Positions 1 to 13,795 of a stretch of 64,000 nt of DNA are shown here, piece after piece; within the stretch, counting starts at the first letter, position 1; each line of letters opens with the position of its first letter. The notes beneath the pieces are model-generated. The model made no database searches. It saw only the letters and a list, made by a program, of their open reading frames with translations, and was not told the origin of the DNA. Source of the DNA: Spizellomyces punctatus DAOM BR117 (lineage: Eukaryota); NCBI GenBank assembly GCA_000182565.2, contig KQ257461.1, one strand, 5' to 3'. The position numbers and the translations under genes were made by a program.

Positions 1-2687
1 GGAGCATCTTTGAAACTTACAGTTTTAAATCCCTCCGGTCGGATATGGACTATGGTTGCTGGTGGAGGTGCATCAGTGGTATATTCTGACGCCATTGCAG
101 CCCTTGGTTATGCCCACGAACTGGCCAACTACGGTGAATACTCTGGCGCTCCATCGGAGTCTCAAACGTACGAATACAGTAAAACGATTTTGGACTTGAT
201 GACCCGAGGAGCCCCTCATCCTGAAGGAAAATTCCTTTTCATCGGAGGAGGTATCGCGAACTTCACCAATGTTGCTGCAACGTTCAAGGGCATTATCCGA
301 GCGTTGAAGGAATACCAGCGGTCTTTACAAAACCACAAGGTGAAGATCTACGTTCGCCGTGCCGGTCCAAATTATCAAGAAGGACTTCGTCTTATGCGGA
401 CACTGGGAGAGAATCTGGGGGTAGATATCAATGTCTTTGGGCCTGAGATGCACGTGACAGGTATCGTTCCTCTCGCCTTGAAGGGCATTCATTCCCAATC
501 GCCAAATCCTACTGCGGCTGTGGAATCGACGGGCAATGGGCTTTTGGATATCTCAACGCCAACACCACCTCCGGTTGCATTGGACCGTGTTGGTGGGATG
601 GCAGGTGCAACACCCAACGAAAACGCTGCTGTCACTAAGGCAACAAGTCCCGCTCTCCCTCGTTCGGTCGTGCCCTTCACGTCTCGAACTCGTTCTTTCA
701 TCTACGGGATGCAGCCTCGTGCGGTCCAAGGCATGCTGGATTTCGATTTCATGTGTAATCGTGAGCAACCCTCTGTTGCATGTATGATATACCCCTTCGG
801 CGGCCATCACGTTCAGAAATTCTACTGGGGCACCAAGGAAATGTTGGTGCCGGTGTACACAACAGTCACCGAAGCCATTGAAAGATTTCCAGACGTAGAT
901 GTTGTGGTCAATTTTGCATCCTGTAGAAGGTATGTGCGCAGATCGAAAGCAATAAGTTCCAAATGCGTTTTTAACCAAGGCTCGATTGTCAGTGTGTATG
1001 AGAGTACTCGCGAGCTTATGCTGTACCCTCAACTGAAGACGATAGCGATTATTGCCGAAGGAGTGCCGGAGAAGCGCGCTCGCCAGCTCCTTCACGAAGC
1101 TCAAGAAAAGGGAATTCTTATAATCGGACCCGCCACTGTCGGTGGCATTAAGCCAGGATGCTTCAAGATTGGAAACACCGGAGGAATGATGGATAATATT
1201 GTGTCCTCCAAGCTTTACCGCGCCGGTTCCGTTGCTTATGTCTCCAAAAGTGGCGGAATGTCCAATGAGCTGAACAACATCATATCCCGGGCCACTGATG
1301 GAGTCTACGAGGGCGTTGCTATAGGTGGTGATAGATACCCAGGATCAACATTCATTGACCACATGCTTAGATACGAGAAGGATCCAGCGGCCAAGATTTT
1401 GGTCCTGTTGGGCGAGGTTGGTGGAGTTGAAGAGTACCATCTCGCGCAAGCCGTAAAGGACGGACGTATCACCAAACCCGTGGTAGCGTGGTGCATTGGA
1501 ACTTGTGCAAAGATGTTCACAACTGACGTCCAGTTCGGGCACGCTGGAAGTTTTGCCAACTCTGACCTCGAAACGGCGGATGCGAAGAACTCAACTCTGC
1601 GCTCTTCCGGTGTGATCGTCCCAGAAACGTTCGAAGATCTTCCAGAAACCTTGCATAAGGTGTACACATCTCTCGTCGCTAACAAGACAATTGCACCCCT
1701 CCGCGAACCGCCGGCACCCAAAATTCCCATCGACTATTCATGGGCGCAAGAGCTCGGTCTCATCCGTAAGCCAGCCTCGTTCATTTCAACTATTTGCGAT
1801 GACCGAGGGCAAGAATTACTGTACGCTGGAATGGCCATTAGCGAAGTTTTCAAGGAAGATATTGGCATCGGTGGCGTGTTGAGCTTGCTTTGGTTCAAGA
1901 GACGGCTGCCTGCCTACGCGTGCAAATTCATCGAGATGGTTTTGATGTTGACAGCGGATCATGGCCCAGCTGTAAGTGGAGCGCATAATACAATCGTGAC
2001 CGGTAGGTGCTACATGCAATCCATTCATATGAGATGAGATGACTGACCGTCACGATGTTGCCTTCAGCTCGTGCTGGGAAGGACTTGATTTCCTCCCTTG
2101 TGGCTGGTCTCCTTACCATTGGGGACCGTTTCGGTGGGGCACTTGATGGAGCCGCAAGAGATTTCTCGGGAGCGTACGATGCTAACCAAACCCCGTCGGA
2201 CTTTGTAACGTCAAAGCGCAAAGCTCACCAGCTCATTCTCGGTATTGGGCACAAGATCAAGTCCCGTACCAACCCTGATCTTCGCGTGGAGATTGTCAAG
2301 GAATACGTTCTCAAAAATTTCCCGTCAGCCGATGTGTTCCGGTACGCGCTGGAAGTCGAAAAGATCACAACCAGCAAAAAGGATAATCTGATCCTCAATG
2401 TCGATGGTGCTGTTGGTGTTGCATTTGTCGATCTTTTGCGAGGATGCGGTGCATTTTCCAGAGAGGAAGCCGAAGAGTATATCAAGATCGGCACGCTGAA
2501 TGGCTTGTTTGTTTTGGGACGGTCAATTGGATTCATTGGGCACTACCTAGATCAGAAGAGGTTAAAACAAGGATTGTACAGGCATCCTTGGGATGATATT
2601 AGCTATTTAACCCCGGAGCAAGATGGAGGCATGAGAACACTGGCGGAGGGCAATGTAGTAGTGGAGAAAGGAACTGAAAGGGGATAA
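1..2687 (+). CDS. ACL1: ATP-citrate lyase, single-chain (fused) type; 5' end lies before the window
   Basis: Motifs [37 protein letters not shown] (phospho-His), [13 protein letters not shown]-terminal citrate-synthase-like domain ([21 protein letters not shown]). Introns 930-992 and 2003-2067 (GT..AG). Confidence 0.97.
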
Positions 2688-3196
2688 ACGGCGTGAGTTG
2701 GGCTTGGAGAGTATGCGATTTTGATATCTTTGAATATATGTTAGAATTCTTGTCTATAAAGATTTTGCGAAATGAAGTTGTTGGCCAGGAATGTTACGAA
2801 ATGCGCATGAATTATCAGCACAAGCAATGACATTTGTTCGAAGATATCAACATCAGCAACTCAGATACCAACAAGAAGAGATACGACAACACAGACCAAC
2901 TCATGTACATATCACCGACTTGTGAGTTCGGCATACAACTGAAATGTAGATATTACTGTGAAATGCAGGACTTCGCTATAGATCGTTTGCGTTTCGTGGA
3001 GCTAGAATTCGGTTTTGAAATGGTCATATTATTTGGGGGCAACGCGACTTGTAGCTAGAACGGAGGTACCTCCGGTGCGGCTGGATGTGTCACCGAGCTT
3101 CGAATTACAAACCAGCCACAGCATAAAAGGGGCCCGAGTGCTTCGCGCCTATCTCGCCTTACCCTTCCTTCCTGTCAATATCTCACTCATTTAGCG

Positions 3197-4595
3197 ATGA
3201 ACGCACGCACTGTAGCTTCTCTTACCCTCAGATCAGTACGGTCATCGGTGCTTCGCCCACGCGTCACCGTATTGTCAACGACCACTGCTTTCCGACGTGG
3301 GTATGCCACGGGCGAGCAGCAGCCATCAGGACAACAACATGCTGGGCCAAAGGGGAAAGGAAGCAACAACTTGCTTTGGGCTGCTGTAGCTGGCGCAGCG
3401 GGTATCGGTGGCTACTATTATTATCGGTTTACTCAGGGCGATCTCAGTAAGTACATTGACCTAAACTTCCTCCCCATAAAAGTTGAAAATTTTGTATTTC
3501 ATCGGGATATGTGACTTACGGTATTACTTTTCACCCCCACAGCCGAAGCGATTCCTCACAGCCCTACAAAATCCAAACTTACCCCCGCACAATTCCAAGA
3601 AGTGTACAACGACATTGCCAAGCTCCTCGACTCTAACCCAGATTATGATGATGGGTTAGTGTTGTCGTATATATCAAGTGCACAGGGAGATGTCAGAGGT
3701 TTTAACCAAGGTCCATTGCATCTAGCTCGTACGCGCCCGTTCTCGTACGTCTAGCCTGGCATGCCAGTGGCACATATAGCAAGCACGACAACACGGGTGG
3801 ATCGTATGGCGCCACGATGCGATTCCCCATCGAAGCCGAATGGTCGGCGAATGCTGGCTTGAAAGTTGCTCGGGATCTTCTTGAACCCATCAAGAAAAAG
3901 TATGGTGATGCTCTGAGCTATTCGGACTTGTGGAGTGTGGGTGGTGTTGCTGCGATCCAAGAGGTATATCGCTTTCCTTCTGATTTTTGTTTTGCATAAG
4001 CTGATCAACCTGTTGGCAGATGGGTGGGCCTACCATTAAATGGCGTCCAGGTCGTGTCGATCAAACTGCTGACAAGACGACGCCGGATGGTCGACTACCT
4101 GATGCCAACGCCGAACACCCGAACCATCACCGTGAGATTTTCTACAGGTAAATTGTAGTGTAATTAGCAAAAAAATGGGCGGGTAACTAATCTACTCCTG
4201 TCAGGATGGGCTTCAATGATCAAGAAATTGTCGCCCTGCTGGGTGCCCACGCCATAGGTCGATGCCACACCTCTCGCTCGGGTTTCGATGGCCCGTGGAC
4301 TTTCTCCCCTACCACTTTCTCCAATGACTTTTACAAACGCCTCTTGGAAGAGAAATGGGTCGTGAAAAAGTGGAAGGGACCGAAGCAATACGTTGACAAG
4401 AACACGGGATCGATCATGATGTTGCCTACGGACATGTCCCTCACCAAGGATAAGGAGTTTAAGAAATGGGTGGAGATTTATGCGAAGGATGAGGAGCGGT
4501 TCTTTGAAGACTTTGCAAAGGCGTACCAGAAGTTGTTGGAACTCGGTGTTCCATTTGAGGAGGGTACACCTGTGATTGAGTTTAAGCGGCTGTAG
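3197..4595 (+). CDS. CCP1: Mitochondrial cytochrome c peroxidase (class I heme peroxidase), multi-exon
   Basis: Arg/Ser-rich presequence plus TM segment; RLAWHASG (distal), [14 protein letters not shown] (proximal His), GFDGPWT (Trp radical site), MLPTD. Confidence 0.93.
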
Positions 4596-5034
4596 ACCGC
4601 TAAAATGGGAATTGTACTGGAAGGGCAAATGAGCTTGGATACGTCATAGCAACACTAAAGGACGTCATATTATGAAAATTGTAACTAGGATCTGAAATAG
4701 GGAAATAAAGCACGATACGATCAAATCATTGCTGATATGATGTGAATGTTCTGTCGCATGACATCCAGTAATCTTTGAAATACGACGGTCGGGAAGCATC
4801 CTTATGAAATTTGATCCAGCACAGCATCACATTTCGTCATGAGGCAATGGCCCGGGCTATTCCCCTCTGAGCTTCCATACCACCTGACTCATGTGCTTTG
4901 TCCATTGAACAGGTCGAGGGTATATGCTTCCTTGGTTGTAACCCTCTAACTGTGATATCGACTCTATTATTCTAGCATTTTTAGGGTAGAGTATCGATAA
5001 ATAATTTGGCTTAAGCTCAAGCAGTTATGGGCCT

Positions 5035-6359
5035 TTATATAAGGTGGTATCCGTCACCCATATAGTAGATCATGCCCGCAGTCGCGAGCTGCCATGTGAA
5101 CAGGAAATATGAGATCATGCAAAGAAAACCTCTTGGCACCCATATACGGCACTAAAACCAGAAAAAACTCACATTTTGTATTGCTTGTTGCACCTGTTTG
5201 GGCGTAAAATTCGAAAATTGCTCGATGAGCGCCTTTTCAGTGGACCCCGGCTTATCCCGAAGAAATGCTTCCATGTCGGCATGAAGTGGATCTATAGATC
5301 CAATAAACTTTTAGTTTCCGTGGCCATTAATACTTACACGTCGATCAGCTTGGTAGTCACCTGTTCCAATTTGACCATCCATGGCACCCAGCAATTCCCC
5401 CATGTCCTTGTCCTCTGACAAGGAATTCATAAAGTCGTCCATAAATTCCTCATCCCCTTCCGCATTAACCTTTGGATTTGCGGGAGCCCCGTTAACCTCT
5501 CTTGGTATATCCGCCAGCTTCGGTGGCGCTGCGCTTCCCGGATGTGTGGGCCGGGGGGCTGGCTCGAGAACATCCCATTGAGTTGCAAACTGAAACCCTG
5601 ATTCATCATCTTCGATCGGTCGCTTTGATGGTATTATGGGTGGAGCTATGCCGGGTTTCGCTGGGGCATATGGATTCGATGGGGCCTTGTCTTGATCTTC
5701 AACTTTTGACCCGCCTAAAGAGGGTATCGCCGAAAAATAATCTTGACGGTATATTTTGATGGTTACAAGTGGACGCATAATATCCATAATCGGGTCCTCT
5801 TTGACGTCAAAACTAGTAGCCATAGATCTCAGAGAATGTCGTGTTACGCAATCACACAAGTCCTGCTCACCCATGGCAATCGATCCACCTTTCGGCGCCA
5901 ATAGTATTTGGTCCCTCCATCAACTGGCCCAAAACGTCAACATGGATTCCCTTCTTCAAACGCTGTCCCCGGGACGTGTACAAAAGCTGCGGTCGAATCC
6001 GGAAGCCAATAACACCAGATGCATCATCTATGCAGCGCAGATTATCGTTGTCAAAACTGAGCCATTTCTCTCCATCAGCTGTGAACGGCACACGTGCAAC
6101 CGGTACCAATATAAAATATGCTGTTCTCCGAATCTTGAGGATCAATGTGAATAGCGTCGGTTGGTGTATCCACTACAATGCCTGCCGCTCGAACACGGAG
6201 AAAAAAGAATGACGGGGAGCCGAATTTGTACGCGGTTTTTGGTGGGGACATTTGCTGGGGTAAAGTTACTCGGGGAACCGTGAGAAGATCCTCTATGAAG
6301 AGCACACGATGCACGCGGAGGTCGTCAAACGACTTGCTTTCCGACATTGTGGGTGCCAT
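5035..6359 (-). CDS. STN1/RPA2-family OB-fold ssDNA-binding protein with C-terminal winged helix
   Basis: Spliced product reads RVLFIEDLL..RVRAAGIVV..IFYIDDASGVI..HVDVLGQL..FDVKEDP..IYRQDYF (OB fold). The C-terminal exons read ..KQVQQAIQN|LATAGMIYY..GYHLI* (winged helix). GT-AG introns identified by eye. Confidence 0.65.
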
Positions 6360-6656
6360 GCCATTCTTTTGGCAAAGTAGAGTTACTTGGTTTGTTGAGT
6401 CCGATTAAATCACGTGATTATACTGTCACGTAAACTGTGAGCAAATTCGGCTGCGCAACCGCGGCGTGGACAGCTTGAGATTACGACCTTCAGATGATGG
6501 CGGCCAAAGCAGGAACCGTAGAATTGCATCAATAGCAAAGTCACATTCATATTTCGAATTTGTACAGCTTGAACGTTTCAATATTGCCCCCAAAGCTCCA
6601 GTTATGTCTATATACACTTTCATATCCTACTTCATATTACCCAAACACACCAGCTA

Positions 6657-7732
6657 CTACAATTTAGCAGGCAATGGCAAAAGAACATAGCGGCCCAGGC
6701 CGGTGCCGTAAGCACCCTTGTAAGCAACAGAGACATAGTCTGCACTACGATCCATAATGCACGCGGCGGGTCGCGTATCATGGTGATCGTTCACGGATCC
6801 TTCAGATTTGTTAAAGACACTCTTATTCTCTTGGAAGAAAATGTCGATCGGCGTCGCCGGTCGGCCTGTCAGAGCCAGAACATCACTTGTCACCATTTGA
6901 TAGTGTCCAGCAGCGATTGCCTGATACACTTGAACGACGGATTGAATGAACCATTCTTGAAGACGACCGGTTTCATGTTCTTCTCTAATGCGTCGCATTT
7001 GTGCACGTGCTTGAGCAATGCTTCCATTCCTAAACCTGACAGGTCGATCGATGGCCATGGACGCTCTGCCAGCAATCTCGACACCAGTGAGGAGGTCAGG
7101 GCCAGTCAGGGTATATGTGCGGTTCAGGTGTCGTGAGGGATTTGACAAGAGAGCCACGGCAGCGCGTGCTACATCCTTGGCGTGAACGGGGGCGAAACTC
7201 CCATTTGAAATGGGAAGGGCGATCGTAGGAATGGGTTGATGGAAATCGTCGGCGAGATGAAGGAAGTTTTGCTGAAGAGGTGACGTTCTCAGGATCGTGT
7301 GGGGCAGACGAGACGACTGAAGATGATGTTCCATTTCCGTAAAGTGTTCAGCAAAAGTGCCAGTTTGGTCTTCCGCGCCCAACATGCTAACAAGCACAAC
7401 ATATGCGACGTTGTGCTGCTGGGCTACATCGAGGAGGATGCGGACTCTTGCAATAGCATCTCGTGTTTGTGGAGGCACGAGAAAGATGGAATCTATTCTC
7501 GTTGTAGAAAAGATGTCCTCAAGTGAGGATACATCGGACTTGCTGAGAGATACAGTTCTTGTGTCAAACTGGTTGGGTGACTATAAGCGACATGATTCAT
7601 GTTAAAGACGCGGTCCCTTGTATAAGATAAGCAGCGACCTAGACATACCAGTGAGAGTAAATCGACGAGCGCAGACGCTGTCTGTCCCTCTGAACCAGTG
7701 ACAAGAACCGTTGAACGAGTGGTGGCAGGCAT
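6657..7732 (-). CDS. NmrA-like / atypical SDR NAD(P)-binding oxidoreductase
   Basis: N-terminal VLVTGSEGQTA Rossmann motif, PHTILR, PVHAKDVARAAVALL, TYTLTGP, TSDVLALTGRPAT. One intron near 7590-7650. Ends in AKL*. Confidence 0.85.
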
Positions 7733-8842
7733 GATTTTTTCCAGACAAGTGTCCGAGGTATACAGGTCGTCTTTTTAAAACAGAAACCTTTTGAAGCAAC
7801 TAATATTATCGATAGACGATAAGAGAAAAGGCCCGAGCGAAATTTTCCTAGTCGATAAAACCCAACGATACGAACGATATCCCAAATGGTTTTTCGTTTT
7901 TGCGGCGAGGGGGGACTTGCTGCTGTGTCCTTTTTAAATCCTTTTCCAACGCACGTTCATTTTGGCCACTGCCCCAAAACACACCAAAACCTTGCCAGTT
8001 GTTTATTCTTTATTGTATAAGCGCGCTATTCAACGTCATCTGATACGTCCCCCGACTCGCACGACACTCGATCTTGATGGAATGGGTTCCATTTCACCTA
8101 TACATGCATTCCAATTACCATGGAATCTGCCATGTGACCTGTAAAAAAAAAAGTCGCGCCCAACCACGTTCTTCTGTATTTGGACTAATTGAAATGCCGG
8201 ACGCCTCTCATTCGCCCGTTTCCTTTCTTGTCCACTTTGAATGACTTGCGGGGCCAAGCAACGTGACGTTTTTATTTTTTTATTTTTTCGGAAACTGCGC
8301 ACTTGTCTCCCCCTCCCAAAAAAAACGCCATTTCCAGAAATGAAAGAAAGCCGCAATTGCGCCCAGCCAATGAACTGCGCGCCTGCCAAGCCACAGATTA
8401 GCCAATTTGACGGCATGCATTGGCAAAGCGCCGTTGTAAAAGGCCAAATGACGGGCGGGGCGGGATGATGAACAATCTGTTGGCAAATTGCGCACGGTTA
8501 AATAACGAATGTGTTGTGCTATTGAAAAACTAGGCAGCCATTGAATAGTATATCCCTGCGCAGGCAAAACTCAAAAAGGAGGTAGGTATGAGGCGGGTCA
8601 TCAGGCAGGGCCATGATGAGCATGCCATTTGGCCCAAAGCAGGAAGCGTGACAGTGAATTAGTCGTTGCTGGGTTTAAAGCCCAAGAATGCATTTGCTTG
8701 GCGCAATGTGTGATAATAATGTCGGTTCCGAGCGGGATAACGGACGCACAGATGTGCATATCATTTTGCAACCTCATGCACATTGACTCTTGCACAACAT
8801 TTGCTCTTTATACATTGTAAACTTGTTTCAACTATCCACAAA

Positions 8843-10057
8843 TCATTGATCAAGGCGCGTATACATTCTCGCCGCCTCCTCACCTCCGGTATACCACGTT
8901 TCAACAGTGTTGCCCCAGACTTGCTTTCTGATACACACAGGAAAACCAGATGAGGCCGGTAGTGAACCAACAAGAAATATGCCAGAAAGCGTAAATACCT
9001 CACGCGGTGGAGGTATTGGTCCAAAACGGGCAGCTCTTGATACGCATGGCTTTTCATTGGAAACTCGACAGGAATCCACATGATGGACGCAAGGATCGCA
9101 AATACTGAAGCATCGACTGTAGTCGGTTTGTCTCCCATCATGAATGGCTTGTTGCCTAAAAAGTCGGCAATCGCCTTGAGATCGCGACATCCAATTTCAT
9201 AGATTTCATCCCGGGTGTGTCTTCCGAGGCCCTGAAGCTTCAATCTCTTTCCAGTCGACCTTTTGACAAGTCGTGCAATGAGGCGCATAAATAACGGAAG
9301 CGGGCTGTCGACTGGGATGCCCGTGTATGCGCGGAAAGTGTACTCTACATTTTCGACATTGCGAGAGTATCCCATACAGGCAACAGTGTGCTCAGACACC
9401 ATCCGTGTGAAGGCGAGAGAGAGTCCCCGCTGTTCCGCAGACAGCTCGAGATCGCCTGGCACGGGATGATTGGGAAAACGTTTCTGAAGGAATTGAATGA
9501 CTTTTGTGCCTATTTTAGCAGAGCACTACTATGATGTTGGGCGTAGGAGGAATACCCACTCAGCTCCGAGTCTCCCATTATCACATCATCGATCTCAATA
9601 AAGGGAATTTTGCCTTTGGGCGCTTTCTTGAGATCAAAGCCGCGCACGACAACATAAGGGATTCCAGACATGAGAAGCCATGTCTCCAGCTTGACTGCAA
9701 ATGGTGCAGGAGTTTAATTGAGAGCGCTCAACTTGACATTTCATATTTCACTTACGTGAAAATGGACTGGCATTCGGATGTCCCCACGGACGAAGATCCG
9801 GCATGTGCTATGTTCCGTACAAAACCTTCAAGCTCTCCTCAATCCAGATACATGAACTCTATCTCACTTACAACATATAAAACGCCGGGCTGCTTCTGTT
9901 CCCCAGCCTTTAGGGTAGGCGTATTCGAGACGGGGAACGTTGGGCCCATCATGGCTCTCAACCGGCGACGAGCATAGTGAATGCTTCCAATGCCAAGCAC
10001 AACAATCAGGACAATGATAGCAGCCAAAATGAGGAGAACGATGCCCACAGGTGGCAT
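8843..10057 (-). CDS. Failed-axon-connections (FAXC)/metaxin-like GST-fold protein with N-terminal membrane anchor
   Basis: N-terminal hydrophobic helix; SPFAVKLET..PKGKIPFIE..DSE (GST-N); QGLGRHTRDEI..DLKAIADFLGNKPFMMGDKPTTVDASVFAIL (FAXC C-terminus). Confidence 0.85.
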
Positions 10058-10696
10058 TCTGGATTTCTTTTTACGATGCTTGATGAGGAACTTTGATTCC
10101 CGTCCAGCGGGAGTTTACGAGCAAAAGAGGGCACTCTGGACGGGCAACTTTCTTTCACATACATTCATAAATAAATACATCAAGGTTTTGCACCGCAACA
10201 CACACACTCAATGCAACCTCCTTTCCATCATTCCGCATTCTCTAAACTCTTGTCATCTCACACTCGTCGCACTACAACTTTGGAGTCGGGTAATTGATCA
10301 ACCAGACGCGCTTTGTCGACGGAGGACACCAGCGTAAGCACTTTGTCCCGCTTGCCCGCTTGCCCGCATCTACTATATCGTGTATGTTTGATGAGATGTG
10401 AGTTTTGAAGGTAACTACTGTTGCACCACTTTCCTCCGTTTGGGACCCTCTTGACAACACGACGACCTGTGAGCTTTGTGCTATTCTCCGCGTGAGAGAA
10501 TGCATGGGCAGCGGGTCGCATAACATCGGACGATATTGACAGCATTAACATAAAGGGGAAAAACCAGACCTTGCAATCAGAGTGTGATTCCACACAAAGC
10601 CGCTATGCAATGACAAATGAATGATCTTATTTCGAACCACAGTTTTATCCAAAAATTTTAATTGCAATACATCAATGAATCTGTATCAGATCATAA

Positions 10697-13600
10697 CTAA
10701 TATCCCTGCACCACCTCTCCAATGCGATCGAGAAAACTGGAAGCCCGCGAGGTACTCCGAGGTGCATCGAGCTGGTCTTGACCAGATATCCTACTCGTCC
10801 TGTCCCAGTCTTTTCCATCGTCAAGTTGGTCGGTGGAAAGATCCATGCCAAACTCATCCATCCCAGCGATAGGTCGCTCCCGTACCGTCGCCCGTGGAGC
10901 TCCAGGCCGGGTGCCACTCCACTGCCGTCCTGTAGTTGTGACGTAACTGCTGGGACTGGGGCTGGCGGGTCTGGCTATTGGATCGGTGATGTTATTGGCG
11001 GTGCGAGGTGATACGGCAGTGAGGTTGAGTGGTGTAGTACTGATATTGATGTCCAGTGTTGGAGGATTGCTACCCGCTCGACTCCGTGACCTGCTTTGGT
11101 AGCCGTTGCTATTTATGCCCGACGTAATAACATTGGGGGAAGAGGGCGAAGGCCGCGCAAGACTCGCGCGATTTGAGCCAACATCATCCCCAACTCGACA
11201 CCCGTCTCTCTGCAACAGTAGATCCACCTGGTTTCGCAATTTCCTAGAGAGATCACCTTGAAGCCGATTCAAATCGTCATCTTTCTGGTTATTTGCGTTC
11301 CGATAAATGTTGACCTCTTCCTGAAGTCTTTGTAACTGTTCTCCCACAGACTGATATTTTAGCCCCAAAACATTGTTATCTTGCTCTTTTTGATTGATGG
11401 TCGCTTGCAAGAGTTTAATTTGTCGTTGATATGACGCTTCAATTGAGGAGAGTTCAGATATACGGGCTTCCAAACTTAGGCGATCCGCGGAAGCCTCCGT
11501 CCCGTCAATCCTTAATCGGGAAATCTCCTCATTGAGCTTCTCGATCTGCAAGGCCTTTTGTTGTAGGTTTGCCCGCAGGTTTCCAACCTCCTGTTCCATC
11601 GCCGATTTGGCAACAGAAAACTTTTCCTGGACCGCAAGGAACTCTTCCTTCTTCTTCGTCTTGAGCGACTCAAAGCTCATTGTTTCGGCGTTGAGCTGTG
11701 ATTGAAGCGACGTGACGGTAGCCTGAAGCTCCGCGATACGGCGTTCCTGACTGTCAACGACATCGTCCCTTTCTCGTACCGCCCTCCGCAAACTTGCTTC
11801 CGCCTCCCGGAATTGTTGTAATTGTCCTTGCGTCTCAGTCAAGGAAGCTTGGAGATCACTAATTTTATCAGCAACAACTACCAGACGCTCTTTATTCTGC
11901 TGCTTGAGATCCAACTTTTCAGAGATTTCTGTTTCAAGTCGTCTGGTGAGCTCCGCAAACCGCGACGACAATTCCGCATTTTCTTGCTGTTTCGATTGTA
12001 TTTCGCGCAGGTGTAGAGCGCGCTGTGAGATCAATTCCTCCTTTTCTGCACGAAGCGCATCTTCCACCAGCCGGAACTGTTGAATCTCTTTCAGTCTCGA
12101 GTCATTTTGAGTTCGCAAATCTCCCGCTGCCGTCCGCAGTTCACCCAGATCTTGCGACAGGCGTATGTTCTCGTTATGCCGTTTACGTAGTTGTTTATCC
12201 ATTTGCGAGATTTCTTCCAGCTGCTGGGCGTTCTTTTCGACAAACGCCTGGAGTTCTGTCCGCAAATTGCTTTCTATTCCTTTCAAGTGCTCAATGTCCT
12301 GAAGATATACAGACTGTCGTGCGGTCAGGCGCTCAACCTCATGAACGTATTTGCGATGCTGCGAAGAAAGCTCCTCCAAATCAGCCAGTAGCTTACGTTC
12401 CCGTGCGCCCCCTTTTTCCACTTCGTCCAAGTATTGTTTCTCACGTCGAAGTAGCCGATCAATTTCTTTCCGGGCTTCGGCAAAGGCATGTCGCAAGTTC
12501 ACGGACTCTTCATGCTCCATATTTCTTTTCTGCAACGCAGACTTCAGCAATTTGATATCTTCATCACGCTGGGCAACCGCTTGATCAAGCTGCGAGACAT
12601 GCGCTTCTAATTGCACACGGCATTCCTTTTCCTTCAAGCACTCTGTTTCTTTCTCCCGCAACAGTTGCATGATTTTCCGGGCTTCCCGAGTTCGCGAGGA
12701 TAAACGATCAGAGAGCTCTTTTCTATCTTGTGTATATTCATGTAACGTCTTCTCCTGATCCTCCGCTCGCTGCTGGTTCTCCGCTAAGAGTTTCTGCAGT
12801 TTCTGTACATTTGCTTCCAACCGCTCATTGGATTCAGTCCATTTCGCTGCTTCCTGTGCATATTTCTCTTGCCAATTTTGCAGTTCTTTACGAACCGTAG
12901 AGCACTCGGTTGACTTTGTCGAAAGCTCCTTTTCCAGAGATCGCTGATTGCTTTCATACCTTCTCTCTGTATTGCGAAGCTCTTGGAGATGGCTGCTATG
13001 CAAGGCTTGCACTTCTTTGAGCAACTGGCAAGGACGGGACGGGTGAGGTTAATCTTTCGTGCAGATGCAGATGGGGAAGTCAAGGGGAGATTCACCTTAT
13101 GGTATTCTCCTTCCAGTTGCGCATATCTTGACCGTTCTTCTTCTAGCAGACCCAATAAAGCTTTATCCGACCCGTAATGCTAGATAGTGGCTGTGAGCGA
13201 CAGATACAGTTGTGGTTAACGGTGACCTACATACCTTGGCCGTTGCCCTTTGTTCTTTATTCACCAATTCTCTCCATGCATCACCGGAAGATGCTCTAGT
13301 ACGCTTCTCTTCCCTCCCATTCGTCCCAACTGTATACTGACTCTCGCCGGCTGAGGATTGAGACTTGGACAGAGAATACGGGTTTGGAGAGGTGACATCA
13401 TCAACAAACGAGTGCTTCCCCTCCCTGTCAACATGAATCCTTCCCCGGAACCCTTCATTCGTGGCATAACACACCTCCTCATTGGATCCACCACGCTGAT
13501 TCCTTGTTGGACTGCTAGGCCCAAAATTCTTTGGAGAAATATCGAGAAGGGCTCTTATTTGAGCGGCATTCATCCGGGGTCGGGAAGATGCGCTCGTGGC

Positions 13601-13795
13601 ATTAGCAGCATTATGGCTGCCTGACGGTCCTTCATCAGCAAAGGAAACCGCTGCTTGCGACCCGTTTGGTCGATTCGACGCGGTGGAGACGGGATGCGAC
13701 AACCGATTCTGGGAAAACAATGCACGTTCACGCTCCAAATTCCGAAGACGCTCTTCCCGGGTATGCACAGGTGTATCAGCTACTGAAGAGCTCAT
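10697..13795 (-). CDS. Long coiled-coil protein of unknown function (possibly centrosomal/ciliary)
   Basis: 775-aa exon of heptad-rich E/Q/K/L/R sequence with a disordered tail, joined through short introns to an upstream disordered exon. Confidence 0.75.
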
